Source of the DNA: Paramecium tetraurelia
Taxonomy: Eukaryota
Direction: 5' to 3'
NCBI GenBank assembly: GCA_000165425.1
Contig: CT867986.1
Span: 511,399 to 575,398 of the forward strand
DNA length: 64,000 nt
Part shown: positions 51,848 through 64,000 of the stretch, piece by piece
Layout: each line of letters begins with the position of its first letter
Position numbering within the stretch: position 1 is the first letter of the stretch
Translations under genes and position numbers: made by a program
The notes under the pieces: model-generated
Told to the model about the DNA's origin: nothing
Seen by the model: the letters and a program-made list of their open reading frames with translations, nothing else
Databases searched by the model: none

Positions 51848-53708
51848 ATGGAAAATCGTTTAGAAAAAAATGTCAACAAATTGATTGAACGATACAAAAA
51901 AACTAGTCAGTAAATCGACTAGATGATCCAACCAGAGCAAATCGTTTCTCAACCAATTACTCTGTATCAGACTAGATCTCGACAAAGCAGAACCAATTTC
52001 AATGATGAGTAAATTCTAATCTTTACAGAATAGGGACAGTTCTTCAAGGGAAAAGAAGAATCATTCTATTGAACAGATTAGTAGACTAAGGGAAACCTTA
52101 AATGCTAAAGAATTGCAAGAAAAGGAAAAATAAGAAAGATTGAGAATTTTGAATAAAGAATTAAAAGTAAGAATCCTTTCTATAATTTAGATGACTCTTA
52201 AGGATTACATGCAAGCAAACAAGGATTTGGAAGTTAAAGTCAATCAAAGAGAAAAGCACATTAAATAATTAGAATTTGAATTAAAATCTATTTAAGATTC
52301 TTTTTCCAAAGTAGAAAATAATGTTAGGGAGAATAGATAAAAGTGTGAAGGTCAAGAAAAACTGATTGAGGAATTATAATAATAATGTCATGTTTCTCAT
52401 CAAAAATTGAAAGGGAAGAAAGATAAAATATAATTGTTAAAAGAATAGTTAAAATAATAAGAAGCGCAATTCGATGAGCAAGGCTAAAATTTTGGGAAAG
52501 AATTAGAACGAGTGTAAAGACTTTGTGAGGATTTTTCAACTGAAATGTATTTATTAATTTAATAGTCGTTAGTAAAAATTAAGAGGCTTAAAATAGGGAA
52601 TTGGAAGAGGAAAAAGTACAAATACTAGATGAAATCTAATAAAAAGAGGCATAAATTAGATATTTTGATTAGCTTTTGTAAGATTTTCAATTCAGGGATG
52701 AAGATAACTTAAAATAAATAGACTTTTTAAATTAAGATTTGCAATATTAAAAAGCTTAAACTTAATAATATATCATAAAATTTGAAGAATGCCAAGCCAA
52801 ATTACAATAAGTAACTGAAAATACATAAACAACAATATTAAATAATGAGTAAGAATCTAAAAAATAATAAGACCAATTTTAAGATATAATATTTAAAAAA
52901 AAAAAAAAAATCAATGAACAAAAACATAAGATTGAGTAACTCTAATAAAATATCTCTGATTTATAAAGAAAAGTAGACAATGATGACAAAAATAGATAAA
53001 TCCAAGAATATGATCTCAAAAAGTTGTAATAAATTAATAATGAACTCAAACAGATTAATGATTAACAAACATAAAAATTATACAATAATGAAGAGAAAAT
53101 TTAATAATTACTTTTAGAATTATCAGAATAAAAACAAATTAATTCAAATTTAATAAGCCAAAATAAATAAATGGAATAAAAATCTGACTAAGCTGAAATA
53201 ATTATTGAACAAGTAATATTATTTTATTATCATTAGCTTAAAGACGACATACAAAACTTATCAGATTCACTTATTTAAGTCTAAAATTACAATAGAAATC
53301 TTGAATAGGAACATCTTGATTGTAAATTATAGCATGAAAAATAAATGGATGAAATAGAGAAGAAAATTGATAATTTAGTTGAATCTGCTGCAAATGCTAA
53401 AGATGAACTTAAAGAATCTAAATAGAGAGAGAATGAACTTAAGTAGAAATTAAAGTAGTAGGAACTAGAGACAGATAAGTAATAACAAAAGTGTCAGAAA
53501 TACAAATTGCAATTAGAAAGTCTAAGACAAACTATAAAGAATGTAAGTAGATTTTATATTTTAGTTGGAAGATAAATTTAAATAGTATGATTGCTAGGCA
53601 TAATAAATTTAAATTTAATCTCAAAAATAAGAAGAAATGTAGAATTAATAAAAATTAAAAGTTTTAGAAGATATTTAATCATTAATCAAATTACATAGAA
53701 AAATATGA
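51848..53708 (+). CDS. Hypothetical long coiled-coil protein
   Basis: MENRLEKNVNKLIERYKK, Q/E/K heptads, about five short introns, ends KIKVLEDIQSLIKLHRKI-TGA. Confidence 0.75.
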
Positions 53709-53932
53709 TTATGAATATTAATATATATTAAACAAAAGTTCGTAAGCTTATTATATTAAATTAAACTGTATTTTATTTGTAAACATTACAATTTGACTTT
53801 CATTTTGATACTATATCAGACTTTAGATTATTAATCTGTCTTTTATGTACAATTAAAATTTTATACTAACATTACAGAATAAATCTTGGAATTTATTTTA
53901 TGATTAAATAATATTAAAATTACAAAAAGAAA

Positions 53933-54812
53933 ATGAACCCTTAGGATCATTAAAATCAGTTTATGCAAACCAACAGACCTCTATAAATTTTCCCTCAATG
54001 CATGAATCCCTGGTCTTATTAATATCCTCATGGTTACTCTCCATACTATTAACATCAGCAACTAATGTTTTATAGGTAGTTTATCCCTGCCGCTGTACCT
54101 GAAATGTAGCATACTCAAAAGCAGTAATAACAAAGGGTAGTTATCACAATTTCGAGTGATGAAGAGAAAGCGCCTAAAAAAACTTAGGAACAGCCTCCAA
54201 AACCTGTTATAGAAGCACCTCCTCAACCAAAAAAGCAGCCTAAGATCTTGGATTTGGATTAGTTGGAAAGTTAAGGAAAGGTGTATGATTACGAATCTTC
54301 TGACTCCCCTCAACTTCCAAGAAGAGTTTCAAAAAGTTTAAATTTTTAGAAGACAATGCGACAAATGCATTATGAATCATTCTAATCACCCAAGCAAAAG
54401 AAGAGGCCAATTAAAAATCGTAAGGAACCTACTCGCATTCAACCAAAGTTAGCGAAACAAGTTCAAATAGGAAGATAGCGCCAACTGATCGAATTCCCTC
54501 AATCAAGTGTAAAAACGCGTTTAATCAGGGTTTACACTAAAAATGAAGAGAAATGTACTTGATATCATATATTTGAGACAGTTTAGAAACTACTCAATAT
54601 TCTGTTATAGAATTTTCCAAATGCAAATGACGAAGACGTAGTAAGGATACTTAACTTTACTGGTAAATCCTACGAAAAAGCAATCAACTTTGTTTAGGAG
54701 AATGGGTTCCTAGTGTAATATTTGATCGAAAGTAAGAATAATTTAAAAATCATTTTTAGCATATTAGAATAATGTCTTATCTAGTGAAGAAGAATCAACA
54801 AATAAAAAGTGA
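53933..54812 (+). CDS. Hypothetical P/Q-rich, probably nuclear protein with a small C-terminal helical (CUE/UBA-like) domain
   Basis: MNPQDHQNQF.., VITISSDEE, basic KQKKRPIKNRK, FPNANDEDVVRILNFTGKSYEKAINFV. Two introns. Confidence 0.65.
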
Positions 54813-55177
54813 ATTTGAAAATATTAGATTAATATATATTTTAGTAGTTTTTAAATCCAATTTTTAAAATTGATATGTTCCATAATTTATTATTTAAATT
54901 AATTTATTGCGTCATTCACATACATTCTATATAACTAACTAATTACTATCTGCATTTTTAGTAAACTCTAACAGGATTTTCTACAGCATCTGTCTTCTTA
55001 TTTAACAAACATAGATTAGATGTACCTAATTTTAATTAAAAAATTAATAATTATACCAAAAAAGAACATTCTTTAATTCAAACAATATTAATATTTTTTA
55101 AAAAGATATGTTTATTTAAACATAAATTACTGGTTTATTATATCATGGTAAAAAATTTCAAATTATTAATTTACCCA

Positions 55178-56604
55178 TCAATGCTTATCTTATCCTTTAG
55201 CCTTTAACTACTTCGGAAGTGATTATAATCTCATTTCTTCGTCATACACTATTCTTTATGCTTATTCAAGATTTTGCAAACTTAAGGGTTAGGTTGGAAA
55301 GGATGCCACATATGGAGAAGGTATTTGAGTTGTTTCAATCATCTAATATTAAAAATCTAAATTACAAATTGATGGACTTTGCCCATTAAAATATTCCAAG
55401 GCATATTGGTATAGATAGTTGGTATATTATGATATGGAGATTTGGCTAAAAAATATCCTTCATTATTTCCTAAAGCTTCATAAAAGAAAGAAGATTTATT
55501 ATATTTCATATATTTAGTAATACAGAAAGGATAGCAGTCAGCAGGAATTTTGTATATTTATTCTATCATTCTTTCTAAGAATCCCCAATTAGTGTATTTT
55601 TTTATTTTCAAACACTTCTTTAAAACTTCTTTGTTTTGATCTAAATTTTAAATATACAAAGGACCCATTCCTATGAAGTTACACTGATTAGATTATTCAC
55701 AATCATTTGTAAATCGACCACAAGTGGAACAATATGCGTGATATTGATTTAATTATTTTTTACCATTTCTGACTGCTACACATAAAGTTAGATGTCCTAC
55801 TTAATTTGCAGTTGCTAATGTACAGATGGGTTCAATATGCTTTCCAAGATCATGTGCTACTTATTCGAATTTAGCAAGAGTTCCTTAAATAATAGTTTCA
55901 GAATTGGAAAATATGTCATTATGAAATAAATTGAGTTACTATTTAGTTTGTTTTCCAATCTATTTATTATTAGGAATGAATTATTAAATTGTATAGATCA
56001 ATAATCCACCATCAGTTATTGCCTTGAGAGCAGGCACTAACAATCCAAATGGTTTACGAAAGATATCTTCAATTTCAATCAAATCGAATTGCTTTCCTGA
56101 TAGAAATTCATATTTATCCATTTATACTACTTGTTGAGATTAAAGCCCATTCAGATTTAAAATGTAATTTGTGAAGTCTATAAAGTTTCTTTTGCTATCA
56201 CAAGCCACTGGATCGTAACTTAAATCCTAGATGTATCTAACCAAACGAGCAGTAGCTTAGTTACCTATTATAGCAGTTTTAGGTTTAGTTGAACCGAAAT
56301 AAGCTTCTGCCAAAATAAGATGCAAATCTCTATTAATTTTCATATTGATGCTATAAGGATAGTACATATCAGTTGAAATAGAGGGATCAAAAATTGATTA
56401 TGGATTAAGGTAATGATATTTCATATTTTCCTCGAGGGACTCATAAATATGAATTTTATTTTTGTTCTTCTCAAAAAACTCATTAGTGTAGAATTCTCGG
56501 GGAGGTGAATCAAATTGAATTAAATTTAAGTTTGGTTAATGTATTTTAATCATATTAGAATTAGCTTTTGTTTTGAGGATATTTTGGAGAAGAGTAGTTT
56601 TCAT
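55178..56604 (-). CDS. Divergent Trm1-fold (tRNA G26 dimethyltransferase-like) protein
   Basis: Ordered Trm1 landmarks: MKINRDLHL, FDLIEIEDIF..ALKAITDGGLLIYT, HIEPI, YCSTCG..C..C..GPLYIQNL. Confidence 0.7.
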
Positions 56605-56649
56605 AAATATTTGATATTTAATTACGATTATTTTATTAAGTGTAAAATC

Positions 56650-57641
56650 TCATTCTTCTTATAACCAGAACAATTGGCTCTTTTTCTGTGGATGGGCATA
56701 ACTGGATCTGTGACTTAGACATTATTGAACTTAAATTCTCGGATTCTGTAACTTAGAGGTGTTTCTTTTGATCTGTTAGTAATGAAATCTTGAGATTGAT
56801 TTCTTTCAAGTTACTTCATTTTTAATTTTGGTAATTTGAGGGTATCTTTTTTGAATTAGATGGTGTATCTGAATTCATCATTTAACTAAGAAATCGATAT
56901 GATCATTTTATTTTTTATTATAAAATAAAAAAAATCATTTCTTTTTTGAGAGTATTTATTGTTCCCAATTTAATGGAAGTGTTGGTAACTATTTCTCTGT
57001 ATCAGGCAATCCAGTAATGGCCTTTTCTAGTCTTCTTTCGAAATCCATAATTTCATCCAGGCCTAAATCTTCGCATTAACTGTATTATAACCAGTACCTC
57101 ATTAAATCAGAATGAGTTTTAATTTAGATAGTTTACTCTTAGTAAACCAGATCGCAACAATATTCTATCTTATTGTTTTTACTATTTTGGTGAGTTGTTA
57201 TTTTACTTTGCTTTGATTAAATTAACTAATTTCTCAACTCCCTCGCTTTCATAGTTATCCTTGATAGTCATTATCGTATCGTAAATTTTAGAATCGTAGA
57301 GTATTCTAGAGATGAAATTCTATTTATGATATTCACTCCAATTAAAGTTCAAAGAGAATTTCTTATAATTATTAAACTCTTTTCCAGCTGCACAAAACTA
57401 TTGCAAGTATCTATTCAATTATTCAACATAATAATGACACTACTCTTCACTATCACATTGATATAACTACATTTACTAGTGAACTTTCTTAATACAATAT
57501 CATTAATAATACTTGTAAATACAGATTCATAAATTTGTTCATGTGATTAGAAATGGTTGATTGATTTGCTCCATCTAAGATTTAGCTGTTCGTTTAGTAG
57601 CCCTCTCCCTTGAAATATATATTATTGAAAGTTTCTTCCAT
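56650..57641 (-). CDS. Hypothetical protein
   Basis: ATG 57641 (MEETFNNIYFKGEGY), 26- and 25-nt introns restore the frame, ends WLQEE-TGA. Confidence 0.7.
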
Positions 57642-58188
57642 TAATAATATATAATCAAATTAAAAACATATGTGATCATCATATGCTCAATTAATTAGAA
57701 TATTAAAATGAATAAGATATTAATAAATAGACGCAGAAGTGCATTACGTAAGGATTCAATTTATGTTATAAATTCAAAAAATGGAATTGAAACTTTCATT
57801 TTGTGAATATAATAGAATTATTGATACAGTTTTATAAATATGAAAAAAAAATGAGATATATACACTTATTTAAAGAAATTAAGGGTACTTACAATAAAAG
57901 ACTGATTCTAGTAACTTGAATTGAAATTGAATTTTAATAAATCTTGAAAATATAAATATTAATAGCACTTAAATCAATTTGTGAAGAAATAATAGTGGAA
58001 AAGAATTAAATAGCAATGAGATATGTGATATACGTTTTGAATTTTCATAATATTAGATTAACTACTTGTAATTTTATGAAAATATATTGCAAAATGAATT
58101 AGAATAAAAAGAAATTCCTTTTTTAATTTAATTTATTATCTGGAATTTAAATGAGACTTGACAATGTAATTTAAATATTTTATTATAC

Positions 58189-59922
58189 TCACTTTTATTA
58201 TTATTTATTTTACTTGTATATCAGTTCTTCTTTTTCAATCAAGATGATTGACTTGTAATATTTCATTAATTAATCATCATCTTAATTACCTTCTATTAAT
58301 CCAAATGTTAGGAACCCTTTCATAATCTATGCACTAATCACATAGCTTAAGTCACAACACAAGGGAATCATTAGCGCAATAGTTGAGAAACCACAACCGA
58401 AGAGTGAATTAACTAGTCCAATCATACATCCAATTGACCATCCAGAATACTTAAGAATAGATTCAGCTTATTAGTCTATTATAATAATTTTTATGATTTA
58501 TACATAATAAATAAACAATTTCCAAATCTTAAATGTTTAAAGCATCGATGCTCTCTTATAATTGATATGAAGCTATAGGTTAATTATTCACTTGATTTTG
58601 AGTCAAGTAAAATACTTAACGACCAAGTGACAGTGAAGTTAATAAAGATAAATCGTTCTCCCATTTATGAGCGACCGCAGGCTTTTTAATTAAATACATG
58701 AATTTAATCCCTAGGTTTTTTGGTGAATTAATTATTTGCTTAAAAGCCAATAAAGAGATTGTTCCAAAAGCTTCTAATGAATTTCTAATTTACATTAAAA
58801 TAGTTACTTTAAAATTTATAAACTTTGCTCTTTCTCCCATAACAATTGCTGTAATGTAAAAATGTATATGAAATAATCAGTGTACAATCTTAATATTTTG
58901 GATGCATAAACAAAAAGGCAAAATACAATAACTGCTAAGATGATTCCTAAAACGGATGTTTAATATTAACTATAAGCAGGTTAAGTTGAGTCTATTGAAC
59001 CATTGCTTAATGCTGCACTACGATTATATAATAATACTTACGTAATTGAATAATACATTAAGAAGAAGTTGATAACTACGAGAATTTGAATTACAGAGTT
59101 ATATCTTAATGTATATTGTCCAAGCTTCTTTCTTATTGTCAAAGAGATGTAACTTTTCAGTCTATATCCTTCCTTATCATTTTAATGATAACATTGTGTT
59201 ATAAGAGATCCTATAAATACTTTGATTAAAATCAATAGCATTATTGTATAGGTTGACTTAAGATTGAAAGCTTCTACTAAGATTCCAATAGATTAATAAT
59301 TCAACTATCTAGACTCTCCTGTTCTTTCTAATTTGTCCATATCATGAAAGTTCGACAAACGATATGCCATTACAATCGATAGCCACAATAAACCATATGG
59401 GTAAAAGTTAGTTAAGAATGAAATCATAAGAGATAAGTATTATCTGACCATTCTCTAGCCTATATACAATATTGAGAGTAAAAAGAATAGTCCAGTTATT
59501 AAAAATTCACAGTTTGATATCAAAGATTACGTAAAGTTGTTAAGTTTAGGTGTTTTCAAAGCAGGCATAACTTATGTTAATTAATTATACAAAGTAGGCA
59601 AGCAAGCATTATTGTCTAATTATATGATAATATATATAACATTCATCTGTGTTTAAAATATTCCCTGAGCAATTATCACATTGCAACTTTGTATCTCCTG
59701 TTTTTGGACATTCGTCTAAGCAAAGGGTTTTTGAAATATCTTTTAGATCAGGAAAATATATTAATTCACACTACTCTAAATATAGTCTGTAAATATACTT
59801 CCATCGCTCATTGGTTAGTTTATGGGACCATAACCAATGATGTTCGCGATTCCAAATATGGTTACATAAATGACTAGAGCTGCAATTGAAAATCCAAAGC
59901 AAGGTTTATCAGTTAATACCAT
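58189..59922 (-). CDS. Choline transporter-like (CTL/SLC44) membrane protein
   Basis: MVLTDKPCFGF + TM1, Cys-rich loop DG..CELIYFP..LCLDECP..C, then about 9 further TM segments. Confidence 0.75.
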
Positions 59923-60181
59923 TAGTATTTAAATTTTATATATAAAATATTTGTATTTGTTTATTTCAACCTTTTTATTGTAAAACAATGGATTTTGAAA
60001 TTATTTCTCCTAAATAGAAAAATATTTGAATTTAACATTATTTATTTAGATTTATGACAAAAAGTAGAAGATCAATAAAATATATCTTTTGATAAATAAC
60101 AATTGTCAAAAGAATTTAAAATTTCAGAAAGATAATAAATAAATTATTTAGATATGAAATAAATTACTAAATAAGATTTTT

Positions 60182-63100
60182 TCACATATATAGTACTTAA
60201 TTTTCTATTTTCAGTAGATATGTTAGAGTTTTATAAAAGCTATCCTCATTATACAATGCTTTAGGTGGTAGCAAATACACAAATTGCCTAATACCCCACA
60301 ACTTTTTTGTTACATATTAATGTATAAACCAAATCTAAGCTAAATTTATCAAAATTATGAAAAGGTAAAAGATTATAGAAATGGTTAATTTAACATTATT
60401 GCTATCAATTATTCCCTGTTCTACTGTTTATCGAACTGTGTCTACAAAATCATTTACTGCATCTATCATAAAGCTTTCAGATAACATATGATTCAATTGA
60501 AGCATTTAAGATGCAGATCCACTAATTTAATAAAGATCTATATTCTCTCTCAAAATCTAAAATAACTCTTAAGATGGCAATAATAATCCTTATTTCAGTT
60601 CTCCATTGTTAACTGTGACGCAGATATCTGGTTCATTGACGACTAAACACACATTGCTTGAAAATAGAATCTTTAATTCTTCTGAAACCGTTCCTTCTGA
60701 ATAAAGAATCTCTCCAAGAATGCTATTTGCTATCGTATAACTTTCATTAGTATATATAAAAAACTAAGCTGGATCTTCAGGATCAATAAAGGCTCTCTCA
60801 ACCAAATATTTATTACTTTGCAAAATGAAATTAGTTAAGCATGCTTCTGATAAGCTTTCTGTAAAAGTAATGCATTTTTAATAAATTGCCAATTTAGACT
60901 CTAAGTCTTAAATTTAAGATTTATCATTCATTCTAATAAGTAACAGAGTAATCAATGTTATAGTAAAGGAGATTAAATGAATTGTGAAAGTAAATTATCG
61001 TTTTAAATTCAACTATCCCTATACTTTAATAAACTTCTTGTTGTTATTATTATTACTATTATTGTGAGCATTAGAAGTTCCACTCAAATAGTTATTATTT
61101 TGTTTTTCTTCTTCCTCAGAATGGAATTTATCTCTTAAGGAGAAATGGTATTCATAAAGATCAAAATGCTAATTGATATATTATATATAAGTACATCTTA
61201 ATTAATTAATAACAATTAATTCACATGATTCAATTCGCTTGCAATTGCAGAATGCGAGATTTACTCTGAGCATCTTATGTATTTTTTACATAATTAGATA
61301 TATGAAAATTATAAGAGAAATGCTATACAGAAATAGACTACATACACAGCAATGAAACTAAAGGTAACATAGTCAATAATGTTATCTTGAGACCCTAAAA
61401 TTGAATAAATTTCATCAGTAAATCTAGTATTCAGTAGGGAATATGCATCTTTATATTTACTATACGATCTCAATAAATATAAGATTGACTTTAAAAATTG
61501 AAAACTATCAGCAAAATCGGTGATATGTAATGATCTTATCATATAGATTAACTAAAACAGAGCAGTCCATCCCTTGACTGTTTTGTCTACATTTTCAAAA
61601 ATATCCAATTATTCTAATTCTATTGTCGAAAATACTTCTCTAATAATTGAATTTTCTGAATACTCATCCATTTTAGTAGAAAATATTTCTATATTTCGAT
61701 CCAAGACTGTTTACAACTGCCCAAGTAAGGTAGCATTATATTCATAATACATACCATATTTTGATAGATTCTAGTCCAATTGAACGTATTAAATCATAGT
61801 CATGGATCCTTACAATGTTGCTCTGCTATAAGCAGTCATCGTAAATGCTTATAATATATATATGTTGCTTCTCATATTACTTTACCAATTAGCATAGAGT
61901 ATTGTACTTGCAGTTGTAAATCCTAGAATGGCAGTTAAAGAAAAGACATTGATGAAAAGGAGTGCATAAAGCAATTTAGGTTTAGTATTCATTTCAGAGA
62001 ACTTACGATAAAAATGAGATTTAACAAGAATCCTTTAGATTTCGCTTTGTTTCGACGAATTACTGCTGATACTATTGATATAGATTTATTTATGAGGTTA
62101 TTCTGGTGATTCAATATCCTTTTCACTTGAATCCTACTTCGATATCATATCATGATGATCACTGCATAAGAATTCCTGTTATTTTAAGGGTTGATTTTCT
62201 TATTCAACTGGGATCATTTAACTACGCAAAGTTATTGGATCTGGCTGAGAAGTGAATTGAGGAATCTCGTTATCTCCTGCACCAGGCATGATGTAATCCT
62301 TTAACTTGATACCTTCAAATTCAGAACTATATTCATCTAATGACTTTGATAATGGGGATTCATCAGAACAAACTGCTCCTAATTTATATGGGGATCTGAT
62401 TTTTAAAACATACACTTTAAAAACCATCCTATTCACTAGAGAGTAAGACATTTACACTTCCAAATCCAATTGAAATTTCGTCTCTTTGTCTAATATCATC
62501 TCAATGGAATCTTAGGAAACAGTGAAATGTTAAACCAATTTATTTGCTGTTGTTAATGTTCCAGATATACCATTTTCCTTTTAATACTCCTCCAAGTAAT
62601 GTTGCAATTAGGCTTCTAATGAATTAAAATTGGGTATAAATTAATTAATAGATTTACCTAATAATTTTGAGGGATTACTCATTTCAAAACATTCTAAAGC
62701 ATTATTAGTAATTCCCTCTATGTTTTATTTGGAATCCAAAAGAATAAATCCACTTAATCCATCCTATCTAATTCCTTACTTGATTTCCTTCATGAAACAA
62801 AAGGAGGGGAGAACATTTGATGAAAAATTAAAACTGATATCAATAAAGATTTCCAAATAACTCAAAACTCCTGGAGTTGCATTCTATGTTAATAAAGGTA
62901 AAGGTTATCTAAAAATCATAGGCCTATTTGTTATTACAAACATCTCCACCATCTCATCATGTGCCTTGATGAGACTAGGATAACAAAGTTGATCTAATGA
63001 TTTCACTTGTTATCGAAATTCTTCCTAAGTATAACCTACAAAAGAAGGAAAATTCTTTGAGAAATTAATGATTTCACCTCTCTTCATATGCGATTAAGTT

Positions 63101-64000
63101 AGATTAAGCAACATATATCCAACCTTATATGATTACTCCTCAGTTTTATAATAAAAAGATGGGTACTCAAAAAATTTGCTTTCCCTTGTATTGATTAAAT
63201 TGCATAGTTTTATAAATTGATCATAATTATTTGTAACTTCGAGACAATAAAGCATGTAGCAATACAAAGAGGTTCTTCCTGGTGAATATAAATTAAAATA
63301 TTCTAATTCTTTCTAGATCTTACAATTTTGTGTGTTTAATTGCAAATATAATTCTTCGAGTGACTCATAACTATGAGTTTCATCATTTAATTTTATGAGA
63401 AACTGTTTTTTGTGCTATAAATTGGCAAACACTAATTTCAACAAGCGATCCCTCTCCAATTCTGTGTACCTGTAATCTTCATATTTCAATGTCAACTCTA
63501 TTGATTGTCTAGTGATATCTTCTTTGAATCTATGTAGAATTTGATATTTCGAATAACTCTTCAGTAGCTCAAAAGCTAATCTCTGCTACAAAGAACTTCC
63601 CTTCTCCAATAAATGTTTTAAATCAAGTATTTACAATTAAGCCTAATAGCACTCATCAGAATTGCATAAAAACACTAAGATCTATATCAAATAGATAATA
63701 TTAGGATGTGCCTTACGTATTTCAGTTTAGAAGACTAACTTCGAGTAATCTCTTAGATATCTCATAATCAATTCAACATAAAATTGAATATTGAGTATTT
63801 TGAAATCATCATACATTCTCATTTCCTTAACTATCTCATATTTTTCTATTATCTTTCTCTTTTCCCCTTTTAAACCTCTGCAAAAACAATATTGATTATT
63901 ACAATTTTCAGTGTGAGTCCTCAACAATATGATACACACCATAAGAATCTTAGACCTCTCATTCTTTAACTCCACTCCAGAATTTCTGGTTAATACTCCA
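60182..64000 (-). CDS. 3' part of a large PAS-domain multi-pass membrane protein (TmcB/C-like ciliate family); 5' end outside window
   Basis: HTENCNNQYCFC, PAS-like KRGEIINFSKNFPSFVGYTQEEF..LCYPSLIKAHDEMVEMF, second GFILLDSKQNIEGIT, clustered C-terminal TM helices, ends QVLYM-TGA. Confidence 0.8.

Noticed and set aside
52895..52911. Poly-A run as a retro-insertion scar
   Set aside because: It reads as a poly-Lys stretch inside a coiled-coil CDS, with no target-site duplication seen.
1..64000. Telomeric repeats, transposase, tRNA/rRNA, retained IES
   Set aside because: I saw no C4A2/C3A3 tracts, DDE or RT motifs, or structured GC-rich RNA genes. IESs cannot be called without germline comparison.

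Overview
This is very AT-rich, gene-dense eukaryotic DNA from a ciliate macronucleus, most likely Paramecium (P. tetraurelia-like). Genes read open only with TAA/TAG = Gln and TGA as the sole stop, and introns are 20-32 nt GT..AG, so the supplied standard-code ORF track is mostly fragments. I read about 26 genes by hand. Recognisable ones include a NIMA kinase, Sec24, AMPK-beta, a MORN protein, dynactin p62, a trichocyst matrix protein, mitoribosomal bL9m, a ciliate ATP-synthase subunit, a front-end (delta-5-type) desaturase, an MFS sugar porter, a DHHC palmitoyltransferase, a cyclophilin-SYF2 fusion, a divergent Trm1-fold protein, a CTL/SLC44 transporter and a PAS-domain membrane protein. Two giant repeat genes stand out. 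One is a ~2,700-aa secreted protein with ten ~215-aa lectin/ConA-like modules (7349-15546). The other is a ~4,200-aa RCC1-headed protein with ~35 copies of an unrecognised ~82-aa repeat, including a recent triplication of a 1,974-bp block (18453-31270). Apparent lesions are four frameshifts in that triplication, a 1-nt deletion in AMPK-beta and no in-frame ATG for Sec24. I saw no tRNA, rRNA, CRISPR, telomere or transposon. All calls come from manual translation, with no database searches.
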